From Orbicella franksi (lineage: Eukaryota), in the NCBI GenBank assembly GCA_964199315.1, contig OZ116699.1:25544001-25608000 (forward strand): a DNA stretch of 64,000 nucleotides, given 5' to 3'. The translations under genes and the position numbers were made by a program. Position 1 is the first letter of the stretch, and every line of letters begins with the position of its first letter. The notes under the pieces are model-generated. The model searched no databases. It had not been told where the DNA came from and saw nothing but the letters and a program-made list of their open reading frames with translations. Of the stretch, positions 38,501 to 50,674 are shown one piece after another.

Positions 38501-41500
38501 CAAGTCAGAATCGCCGGGCACGCTAAAAACTTACGTGCCGTACAGCAGAAGTCGGGATGTCTGGATGTCCTTTGCAGCACCTTCTACATTTCTTCCACAA
38601 CCACCAAACCCCCATAACAAGACTGGACACAAGGTTTAGTGGCACAGGTATTGGATCATACGAGCTGTACGTCTGGATTGTGATGGCTTTCTTGAACTTC
38701 CATTCCATTAAAGAATTGTCCTTAAAATAGCCAGCAAGTACTATAGTGTAAGCTCAAGACAGTTGACAAACTTCGATATTTTCACAGATCACTGTTTTTT
38801 CAAATAAATCTTACAAACTCAGTAAATGAAATACATTAAAAAATCTAAAATAAATCACATTTCATCTGACTGAATTGAACAAGAAAGAACCAAACAACAA
38901 TACAACTGCTTTAAACCAAATTGGAAACCTGAATAACGTTCGACTCAGTGTCATGTCCAGGGACTTTGAGTTCCGTAATTTTTAAGAGCTGTATTCGAAG
39001 TCTGCCGCTATTGGTGACCTGAACTACCTTTAAGAGTACTTTCAGACACTAATTGGCCCTCTGTTATCTTGATATAGTTAACTGGAATCAATCATGTTAA
39101 TCACTAGTTTAGACCTGCGAGCAGGCTATTTATAGGCACGCCACTAACACTGACGAAACGAATGCAACAAACAAACATAACATGGCTATAAATCTGAAGG
39201 AACACCAGCTGGTTATTTACAAAGCGTCATCAAGGAGTTGATCCCGGTGGAGGTCTTGTAAGCGCTACAAATCACTGTCCCATGCTAACTCCACAATAAG
39301 CATTGAAGCAAAGCAGGAACTGAAAGTTTCTTACTTCCACACGCTGGTAAGTGTTGGATAAAAGAGCTATCATCATGTTAACAAGAAGAATGACACCCAC
39401 GACCAGGAAAATACCATACAACAAGTGAGCAAGCGTCACCGTCGCACTGTCAACTGATTCAAGCGTCTCCAGTTCCGCTATTCCAAGCAACGACCAGCAG
39501 AGGTGTTTTACCACGGTCCACCAGCTGAGAGGAGACACCAAAAGACAGAAGGTGAACTCACTTTTGTGACTATAATCAGTGTAAAAAAGTGGAGGTAAAC
39601 GAGGATAGAAGAGCAATTATTGCCTGACTTACCAAGTTTTTAAAAAAAACAACAACAAAAAAACAACACATTCATTTAATCATAGCAACACTTACATGAC
39701 TCAAACTTATATTATATGTCATTACTTACAATTTTCTTAGGTCTGAATTTATAAAGATGTTAAAGGCAAAAGTGTCTTTTTTTTTTAGCATTTTTCAAAA
39801 AAAAAAAATTCATTTTAAATACGAAAACTTCCAATTTCAGTCGGAGCCCTGTAAGACCCGACTTCACTCCACTGTGACCACCTCACACCTCTCCCTGACT
39901 TACCAGGTTGGTCCAGACGTACTGCACACCCTAAAAAAAAGGAAGTACTTGAATCAGTAAATCACAAATTCATGTTCTCTGTTATAGCTAGTCAATTTGC
40001 CAGGCAGTGATAAAATATATCGCTTTTGTTCTTAAGTCGCTTCTAACATTTTCAGGGCTCTTTCACCTACCCGCCTGTCAGTTGCTTTTACCTATACGGT
40101 TGCTTTCCAACTTTGCCTCAGCACCACGTGACAAGGAAAAGCTTCATATAATTGAACAGCTAAAACCTGTAAGAAGTCAGGTTCTAAACTTCTTACAAGT
40201 CTTAGCTGTTTTAACTTGAACTCAGGTCAAAACCCGACTTCTTACAATAGAAGTAAATGCTAATTGATGTTAAGCCGTAGAAATGTAAAATGTCAGTAGT
40301 CTACACAGTTAACACTTTGAGTGCCATTTACCAATTTTTAACCAATCTTTTGCATTCGCTTGCTATTACCTGCCAGTCTTGCTTCTGGTATGACGTTAAA
40401 GAAATGATCTCCTTTAACATACCTAACATAAAAAAATACACTTACGGGATACCATCATATTTTTCTGTGATAAACGACTTCTCCGACATGTACACTTTCG
40501 TGATTGCGAACGAGAAGGCGATGACAATCGCGACAAACTGCCAAAATATCGTTGCAATGTCTCTGATGATACTGAACAAGGCGATTTGAATGGTTCCAAG
40601 CCCTTTTACTGTCTCCATCAGCTGACCAAATACTCTGAAAGTGAGGATCATAGTATTGAGGCCATACAAGTAGCCAGCTATGACAAGGGATCGATTGTTT
40701 ACCACGAATTTGGATGAAGACCACGTGACCATTCTCAGCAGAAACGTGCAGGTGTAGACGAACATAGTGATAAGGTCCAAACAGTTCCAGGTATCTCTGA
40801 TGTGAGAAGGTGAGAAAGATTTAGTAGATGCAATATGTCAAGTCTAACTGCAGAGTTAACCGAAAAGACCCTACTACACATAGTTACAAACGATTATTCC
40901 GTTAGTGTTAATTAATTAAGGTAATTATTATCGGAAATACATTCAAAACTAAATCATGAGGAAAATTATGGTTTATAACCCCCTAAGCCCAGACATCTAT
41001 TGGCTTTTCATCATTCTTTTTTCTGAAAACCAAATACAAACGGAGCTTATTTAACCTTGCTTGCTTCTTATTACAACTGGCTCTCATCGGGGGTGTTTTG
41101 TATTGGGCCAAATAATTAGGTCAGTGAATGGCTTTTAGAAAACGTATCACAATAATATAGAACATTTAGATGTAATCAACTTACTTTGTGTTAATTTGTT
41201 AGCAGCATTTGACTTAAACATAGGGCTATCGGAAACTGTTCTACCTCTCGCAGTTATTCAAAGTGAATACCATTTACCTGGTGAACTTCTTCAATTTCTT
41301 TAAAGCAATAATCGCTACGTTTTTACAAGGAGAAGCACACTTCTTTACACGCTTGACTTCAACTTTGTTATCCTTTTGCTTCTCACTTTGATGATGGAGT
41401 TCATCTAGCTCTGTGAGCAAGTCGTCAATCTCTTCCTGGTTGGCGTCTTTCAAGTCAAAGATTTTAATTTTATCTTTATTTCCTTGTCCCACTTGCACCT

Positions 41501-44500
41501 TTATTACGCAGAATTGCTTAATTTCCATCACCATTCGGCCCACGAAGAAGATCAGGATAGCCCACTCTTGTTCGCTGAATTCAACGCTTGTTGGACTGAG
41601 ACAAATGGACAAATGGAGTCCAAGTAAGGCCAGATAACTCAACGTGTCACGGATAAATAGGAAGTAAGGTGTAGTGAAATATTCTCGATACGTCTCTGTG
41701 GAAATAAAATACGAACACACACAAAAAGGCGCGACTGAATTCTTATTACAACGCCCAAGGCCTTATGAGTCCTATGAAGCCAAGGACGGATGGATAACCA
41801 TAAAGCACCATGAATCAGCGATAATTCCGCTACAAACGATATCTATTTGGTCAACCACCTTTTCAAACTAAGCTTAGTCGTTGACTGGCGCAGCGGAAAA
41901 TCTTCTTTGGCATAGGATAGTGTTAGGTAGCTATGTTCACAAATGTCAAGATGCTGACAAAAGAAATCTGTCTGAAGTTCAAACGTGACAGACTTTATCT
42001 AGGTGTCTTTTATGTTATAAATGTACGCAATAAGTTTTTTAACATGGCAATTTTACTATAAATTGTGATCGAAACGACTCTCAAAGCCGTTTTAACTTTG
42101 GGTAAAAATAAGAAATAGAAACTTACCATAAAGGTCGATTTTACATCGTTCTGCGATGAAAAACAAAAATTCTTTAAGTTTGTCTAGCCACACGACCAGT
42201 ATCGCAGGAATGCCTAACAACAGCTTGGTTTGCTACAAAATAACCCCATGTTTTCCAACTCGCGGCTCTTACTTGCTGCAGAGGACCCAGCTGACGCAAA
42301 GCAATAGAGAATAAAAGGACAAAAAAACGAGGAAAACAATGAAAACAATAGGTTTGTGAGGCGCAATCTATTGTGACGTGTTCTTTGTCTTCTACATCAA
42401 GAAGGAGCCCAACTCATTGCCAGTCTTGGGTGTCAAGGTTTGCCTCAAAGGCTAGCACTTATGGCCGAACAAGAATGAGTTCAAAGAAAGCGATATCTCC
42501 TCTAGCCATCTTCGCTCGTCAAGAATACATGCACAAGAAACCATGGTTTTGCTGCAGATTTGGCGTCATCAACGCATTCTCTTTCAAATGATATCTCAGT
42601 TCTTCGACATTATTCTCAGAAGCAATTTCCTGAAACATTCTCTACTTATGTACAAATGTATTGAAAAAAAAAAAAATCTAATGTAAAACAAACTCCAACC
42701 TGAATAAGCCTTGTTTATTTACTATGGAGAGTGTTATTGAGAGACCAAAGAAAAAGTAAGACAACTGGTTGTTCCTGTTTACCATTAACAACGTTTATTG
42801 ATTGTTTTAAAGTAGTTTGAAATCTGGAGTTCAAAAATTACCTGTACTGTTACTCCACTTTGCCCTCCCAAGGTGGATAAGGTAAAGGACAATGAAAACA
42901 ATTGGAAATAGCACCAAATCAAACAAACACCATAAGTCAAGAAACATCCATTTCCACCGTCCAATGCTGAGATAAGATGGCGTCCACATTTCACCAAGTT
43001 CACCATACCACTTGTCATTGTTAAGATTATCAATTACTGGATGGGTGAAAAACTGGAAAGTAACAATAAATAGAAAATGTTTAGTAACTGGAAGAATGCT
43101 GCGCGCGTTCGGCTTCCCGTCCAGGGTCACATGCATAAAATGTTTGATTTTTGCAGATTGTAGGTTGCAGAGTGCATCTACAGTACTGTAGATGCATCTC
43201 TGAGATGCATAAACAGATGCATCTACAGCACTACGAGTGAGCAAGACTGTTTTGGAGCCAAATATTAAGAAATTATATTTTAAAGAAAGCTTAGTTTTGG
43301 CAAGCCAAGGTTAATTAACAAGAGTGGAACTCTCAATTCTTGAATGAACGCCTCTTTCGTTTTCCTTGGAAACGTTTCTTTCTAGAATCTTTCTTCGGAC
43401 GCTCACGTGTGTACATGTCTGTGTCGTTCTTGCGACCTTAGCTTATACTTCCCCTAGATAGATCCACGGTTAGCTGTCGCTAAAGATTATAATATTTTTT
43501 CTAGTTGGTTAATCTCGGCTTGAATTATCAAGTCAGCTGCGTTCGTTTAGGATTTACATCTGAATACTTTGTTTTGTGCCACCTGATTTACCTTTGGCTT
43601 GAGTCCCGGGCGTAACTAGAGTTAGCATAAAAGTGAGTTCATTGGAAAGTTGTATTAAGCAGAGGAAGTAAGCATAGTGGAAGACGTAGAAGTCCCGAAG
43701 AATAAAGATTAAGTCTCAGAGTCTCGATACCTCTCGTTGGTCAGTCGTTAGTCTCCTACAAAACTATTGTCATAAGATGCCAGTCGCAAGTCAATTCAAT
43801 TCCCCTCCAGTCTTTCAAGCATGGGTTCCCCTTGGGCACACTTACCCATACGTGTCCAACGGGTGAAGAGGGACATTAAGAGTCAAGCGTATTGCCCCAG
43901 CAGACTACTTTTGGATTGTTATAACGAATCAATAGGTTCCACGCATAGCTCACTTTCTAAGGTAACAAAAAGACGATTTGTAATCACCGACCTTCTTTTG
44001 CCCAAGCTCAATAGCAGTTTCCATGACTTCATCAAAGCACTGCTTGAACTGTAAACGGCACTTTATGTCAGATTTTAAGGGGTTCATCAGACAGTTAGTG
44101 AATTCCTCCACAGAGGACGCTAATTTTTCCTCATCTTCAAAGTTTGGTAACCTCCTGTCCGCCAAAGAGCGAAGTTCGTAACTCACCTTGGTGTTAAAAA
44201 CAATAACAAATGAAAAATCTTTAATTTTTGTAGAGAAACACTTACTTACCCAACTGAAGTGCTATTATTACCGTCGAGCTTCTAAAAATAAAGTTAACCT
44301 TTGTGTTACTCTTAAATAACTGACAGAACATACTGTCTTTTTTCGATTAGCTTCGATTAAAGCTCATGCGTTGGGGTTAAGGTAACACTTTTATTTATTT
44401 ATTTATTTACTTATTGATCGATTCATTTATTTACAACACTTTCGAATCACAATTATCGCCTGCCTGACAATCAGCAAGATGAAATCTTTATTCACTAACA

Positions 44501-45786
44501 CTTTCACCATCACTGCTTTTCAAATTCAGTAGGTAATAAAACAAAAAGGCACAGACACGGTTGGGATTAAGATAGTTTTGTGGAGTTGAAATGAAGCGTA
44601 AAGTTACCGCAGATTACATGCAGCATGATTGAACTAAAATCATCCCAGTAACTATACTAGCCTAATTGTATGAGCTTTGATAGGAGCTTTCAGAATTGTT
44701 TAGACTTGAGCTTCGTAGTTTATTGGTTGTTTGGATAGTCATCGAGTGAGTCTTGTGATTCAAATACCCGCAAGCCGCACATATAGTTTTTTCCTCCAAG
44801 TTATTTGCCTTCGCGCGTTAATAATTCTTTACCCTAGAACAACTGCTTGCATTGGTGGTCATGTTTGCGTTGTCTAATGTCTTTTTCCTGTTTAGGCGTT
44901 GATTCTCGAAGGGTGAACATTTTATTAGTAAGTCCTATTCATTTGCGGGAGTCGCATGAAAGTGTCTGGGTTAGTGTCCTGTAAAGATGTTGAATCCACC
45001 AAAGTCAGTCGTCCGATATAACCAAACATGCCTACTTCAAAGAGGGTATGCATTTGCTAGTCAATCCGAAAGATTATTGTGCAAGTCAGAAGACGTAATC
45101 CAGCAAATAAAACTAGATTCTTGTTTCCTCTCGTAACTTACATCGAGCGCTCAAAAAGTTATACAAAAGTCTTACCAATGATGTCTTGATTTTGGTATGA
45201 GATAATGCACTGGTTTTCAGTTCTGGATCAAAGAGGAGTTGTGAGAATATGATGGACTCACCAGCATTGACATCTGCATAGCGTTCTTCTCGCATTTTGT
45301 AAATGCCTTTGGTGTGATTTTCTCACTGATTTCAAGGAAGTTGCCTTTCCTTATGGTCTTTATCAGCGACTCCTCGAAAGCTGGGTAGACATCAGTCAAA
45401 TGTAAGAGGTTATAAATGAATACTGATATATTTGATACATAAGGTTTTCAGAAGTTATTTCTACCATGGTTTGGAGGATAATTCCTATCTCAAGCCTCGC
45501 GTACACATTTAGGAACAAACATAGTGTTAAAAGAAGAAAAAAAGTAAGGTACATGTTGTTGAAGAGGTCTTATTAAGTAATTGGACCTTTTGAACCGAAA
45601 TACCAACTTTGCCGGATTGGTAATAATGCATCACCAAGAAAAGAAAATTAGCAATGTTAAAAGCGCTGCTCTGCTACTACCTCTCTTTTTTGGCCTTTCA
45701 CTTTCACTTTCGCTGCACGTTGTATCGCCGTCTTGTCCATTGCCGGCGAGACTCTCACATTCTACCTCAATGTCTGAAGCAGTCAT
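35532..45786 (-). CDS. TRP cation channel (TRPC/TRPM-like core, no ankyrin repeats) fused to a C-terminal SPRY domain and coiled coil, ~1002 aa
   Basis: Exons (minus): 45786-45681, 45380-45262, 44186-43992, 43052-42842, 42290-42273, 42150-42127, 41695-41278, 40796-40446, 39930-39904, 39524-39335, 38720-38535, 38215-38137, 37812-37697, 37600-37439, 37329-37158, 36786-36587, 35966-35532; GT-AG, phases compatible, 3009 nt. S3 DTWNCLD, pore LCWSLLG, S6 LVNMMIALLSNTY, TRP box EWKFKKA, SPRY FEVLVLETG..EVGVV..PGCYTGSVAYHADG..GDLIGC..LYPYVGM. Confidence 0.9.
43159..43760 (+). mobile_element. Possible solo LTR in a TRP intron
   Basis: ~600 bp bounded by tgtagg..cctaca (TG..CA inverted ends) with AATAAA at ~43701; no matching TSD found. 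Confidence 0.3.
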
Positions 45787-47984
45787 CACTGAGTTTCAGG
45801 GACCTTCAATAGCCATCTAGAGAAATGTTCCAACGTATCACAACATTCGTCTCCAATTGCTGAACTGCGAGGTGGGACAAAATTTCCTTTCATCAGCTTT
45901 ACCTGAAAGGAAAACGACGTATTCATAAGAACTTTAGAACTTTAGTAAGGAAGGAAGCAACAAGTACAAGAAGCATCTTTTGGTTGGGTGCCATGTAACT
46001 GCACGGAATCAGTAATGCCTTTCACGTCCTACGGTACTGCGCGTGCTCTGGTACATCTCGATAAGAGCGCTGCTTTCTTGACAATACAAATCACACCTTG
46101 ATATAACGGTTATATATCGACCTGAAGAGGGCTAAGCCCAAAACGTCATCTACTTAAATATTTGACATTTCAGTTTCACCAAATATTTTTCAAATTTTTA
46201 CTTCTAACTGGTTTTTTCCTCTAAAACGCAGTGAAGAGAATGGCGACGAATGAAAGAGGGAATACTTTAAGACCCTTTTGATAAAATGTATACATTACAA
46301 TTAAGTTATTTGCAAATTTCACTATAATAAGAGAAACAATCCAATTAATTACGCCAGGCCTCAGTACCGCTTAAGTCTTCTTTACACTTATGATATAGGT
46401 GGTCACTTCTTGCAGATTTCTCGGCACACAAAATTGAAAAAAAAAAAAAAAAGATGGTCCCAGAACGTGGTAGTTCAACTGTCTAATATAGGAACGGCTT
46501 TCAACCCGCGCTGCCATACAGTGTTTTGTAATTGCTATTTTATTAAATCTCATGTTTTTCCCAAATTATTGCAATAACCATTTACTGCAAACGCACATGA
46601 CGGTTGTAAAGGCCACTTACGTGACAAATATTGTGAAAATTAACGTGACCTAACCACTTTAAGCAGCTCATAACCTCTTCACGTGGTTATGACCGTGACT
46701 TTTGGTTACTTTACATGCAACTCATCACGATTCCGTTCATTCTAAAAAGTCATTAAGGAGTATGTCAACCCTTCAAATCACCACAGTCCCAGACAAACAT
46801 AGCATTTTATGAAAGCATAGCTCAGTGTCTAAAGACAAGCAAAAACAATTAGAACTATATTAATTAATGTGTTCCAGTTGAGTCTCTTTAAGTTACAAGG
46901 TAAAAACTAAAGCAATTCAAATTGCTTATAATTATGTATGTCACGCAAGGCGAAGCTGCCAGCGTATGCAAGCTTATGCACAGCAAACAGTGTAAGATGA
47001 TCGACCACGATGGGCATTCTTCCTACCACAATTTGGCAATCAAAGCCTATAAGTTAATCTGTACTGATTCCACTGAACAAATCTGATTCCAACTGAAAGA
47101 CAGTGAAATTCTTCCGTGCTGGACAATATTCTTAGGTTACTCCTCGCTTAATTAAAAGCCTGACCGTTCTCGTAGAGAAATCATCCAACACAGTACTATG
47201 CTGTGCAGGGTAGTTGTCCTCGAAATCAGTTTTGAAGATGTCTTTTAAACTTCGCGGATAAGATGAATTTTTTGCACACGATTTATCAGAGAGCTGAACT
47301 TTATTTTAAAACATGTCAACCAACTTAACAGTTTTAAAAGAACGTGACTGGTACATGCGCAATACTAATTGTGTGTTGTGATGTAGTTTCAGGCGAGCGT
47401 GCATGTAATGCTGTTGTAAAATCTGGTAACGTTCTATGTACATTTGAATTTTAAGAAATAACATAAAACACGCTGGAAAAACTCGTTATGTTTCTTCACT
47501 CGTGAAATTTGCATTGTCTGTGTGCATTGCCCTCAAAAGTACATCTGCATTTGTGATATTCGACATGAGTTGTGAGTACAAAGTTTGAACACAATCAGCT
47601 TTTCTGATTATTTACCTGGGGAAAAATCCCTGCATGAGGAGATCGCTAACATTACCTCAGGTATAAAAAGCATAACAAAACCGAATACTTAAGGCTAAGT
47701 AAAATTAATGGCATAAAATTCGGAACCGAGGCAAACTTTTTAATGAAGGCGATGTTGACACAGCTCCCATGGGAGAGAATTGAAAATGCAAATGTGCCTT
47801 TCTATTTACGTAGCACTGGTTCGTGTAATAGCATTAGCATTACCTTGGAGGTAAAATTGTCCCTTGTACAAATGTGAACGTGATGCTGGCTCGCTCTAGA
47901 GCCTTCCAGTTAACAAGCACATCAAAATCAAGCACGTCAAGGAATATTTGCATGTTAATCTACGTTTTAACCCGTGACCCAAGC

Positions 47985-48019
47985 CATAGTTAGTGGAGGG
48001 GTCCCCTCCACTAACTATG
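47985..48019. mobile_element. 35-bp perfect hairpin flanked by a 7-bp direct repeat (TIR-only element or footprint)
   Basis: catagttagtggagggg-t-cccctccactaactatg, flanked by cccaagc (47978-47984, 48020-48026). Confidence 0.7.
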
Positions 48020-48129
48020 CCCAAGCCAAGTCACGCCGAAAGTTAGCGAAACGACAGTGTAACGCAAGAAAACGTAACGGCTTGTTATCTCGTGATCTGA
48101 AATCCACGTTGCTTTAAAAGCAGTTAGTA

Positions 48130-49547
48130 GGAATCTAAACAGTTAGTAGGAATCTTATCAACGGATATGTCAAAGGCCTTCGATTCCATGCACCAGCTGT
48201 GTTGCTGAGTAAACTAGCATACGGTTTTGAAGAGAATTTCATCAATTTGTTGCGCTCCTATTTATGCAAATGACTACAACAGAGTGAAGCTGGCATCTCA
48301 AAAAAGGTTCTTGGAAATGAGTTCACCAAGGCTGCCCCCAGGGATTAGCGTTGGGACCGTTATTGTGAAATATTTTTCAAAAAGTCAACAGAATCTAAGC
48401 AAAGGCTGATGACCAGCAGCTTTTCTAAATTAGCGATAACGTTGTGACGATTAATGACAACCTAAATGCGAGCGCAACGATAGCCTCTTTATGGTACGAG
48501 TCGAACTTACTTAAGGGGAGCCTCTCCAAATACCATACCATGTTAATCAACAATAAACAGAGGGACAGGAGAGACGAGATTCGCGTAAATGTATAAGGAA
48601 CTGACATTGAATCTCTGAACAGTATTAAGTTATTAGGTGCCACTATTGACAACAAGCTTAATTTCAGTGAGCACATAAATATCACGAGCAAGAAAGCGAA
48701 CCAGAGGATAGGTGTATTAACGAGACTCAAGAACTTAGTGCCCACCGTTGCGAAACTACACCTTTTTAAGGCTGCGATTCTTCCGTACCTCACCTATTGC
48801 CATCTTACCTGGCATTTCCGCCGAGCAAGTGACAAGAGAAAACTCGAACGCACCCAGGAGAGGAGTTTGCGTGCAGTCTTCAGAGATAGTAAATCTACAT
48901 ATGAGCAACTACTGCAGAAAGCTAACTTAAAAACTCTTTATGAAAGAAGGCTACAGGACTTAGCTTGTATGGTGTTCAAAGTCAGGCATGATCTGTGCCC
49001 CCCGTCCCCTTCCTCCCGAGCGTCAAAAATTTGTTCTCATTGAAAAGTTCTACTTACAACCTTAGAGGCGCAGATTTCCACATTCCCAGATTTAATACTA
49101 TCACCGATGGGAAAAACTCCCTCAGATATATCGGACCTATGCTGATCATGAGAGTAACTGGACAGCCATCGACTCCTGGCCCCAGTTGCAAACAAGCTAA
49201 CTTCTCATTAGTGAAAAAAATCGACTCTCAACTAACTTAAAAAAACTTACCGTCCCTGCAATCTTTCAAAAGACAGATCTGCTTAACTAACTTTTCGTCC
49301 AAGATAAAACACGAGTGCGAGAACTCTGTCTTAAGTAGTACATGACCACCAAGCTTGTTTCGTGAATTATTGTAAATATATAAGGTAGTTAAATTTTAGT
49401 TTTTGTACATGGTCAAATTTTAGGTGTTTAAATTTTAATAGCTTATTTTTTTTATTTTAAGTGTCCCCTAATAGTAGAGGTTTTTTTTTTTACCCTCGGC
49501 TAGACTTCCTTGAAATAAAGTTTTTCATTCATTTCATTCATTCATTC
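48130..49547 (+). mobile_element. Degenerate L2/CR1-like LINE (RT and C-terminus)
   Basis: Frame-disrupted motifs LSTDMSKAFDS, GCPQGLALGPLL, IKLLGATIDNKLNFSEHI, KLHLFKAAILPYLTYCHLTWHF, YNLRGADFHIPRFNT; ends in a (ttca)n-type tail at ~49525-49547. Confidence 0.85.
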
Positions 49548-50674
49548 AAGGGGAGGGGAGCGCTACCATCGAAGGGGTACCGCATGTTTTCTGGATACAG
49601 AACCAAATTAAAAAAATACTGGCTGTAGAAGTAAGAAGTAGAAATATAATTATGAAATCCAGGATCAGGAAACAAACTTTGGTTCAAATGAGGAGTCCAT
49701 TATAAAGTTTTTCCCAAGAGGTTTCTTAGTTTGGTGAGCAAGTGTTGTTTTGGACCATTTTTGGCTCACTTGTAGACGAAGGCGGGCAAGCCAAACATGT
49801 AATGACACGCGTGATACGTTTTCAACGAGGAGATCCCCAGTTTTTTTTTGTATGACTTGTTTTATTGGCCCATTTTTTGCACAAAACTGACTCGACCAAG
49901 AAGTAAGAATAAACCAGTTCCTTTGTTTCCTTTATTTTCTTAAAAACAACATTTCTAAATAGTCGAAAACAACTTTCTCTACTGAAAGGTCTTACAAACG
50001 CTTCCTTTATTTTCTTGAATTAATCCACATTTCCAACATAGCTAAAATCAGTATTCTCTAGTCAAAGTTTCTATACTACATGTGTATTGATCTCAAAATT
50101 TTTATCAGGCTTCCGGGTTACAACAAAGGTGAAACACAAAACTTGCTCTAGTACACACCGGAATCTGAACACTACGGACAACTTAATTGATACATAAGGT
50201 AAGCTTATTTAGAGCATTCACTCTCATTCCACGTGTATCTGTCCTGATTTGGCAAAACTCTGCTGTGACGTTTTTGGTTTTTGTGTGAAGATTTGAAAGG
50301 GGGATTGGAAGGGGAAGGGTTGGGTTAAAGTGTGGCACTGTTCGTCGCTACCCTGTGGTTATTAGATTTAAGGCTGTTGTAAACTGAATTCTGACTGCCC
50401 TCATTGGAAGCGGTTAGCCAAGTTGCCATCCGAAACTTTTAGCTCTTTAAAACAACTTTTCCTGGAATTGAGAGCCTAAACAGGGCGCATCAGCACGAGC
50501 ACGGCCACTCTCGTTGTCAGGGTTGGAGAAAGCCGGGAACTAAAGGGACGGGAGACCGGGAGCTCTTAGAATATGAAGCATTCTTATAGTTGTCTGTAGC
50601 TAAGGTTTGGCAAATCAGGTTGAACTTATATTTCAGTAATCGTCATCCAGAGTTTCATCGACAGTTGGCTTGGT

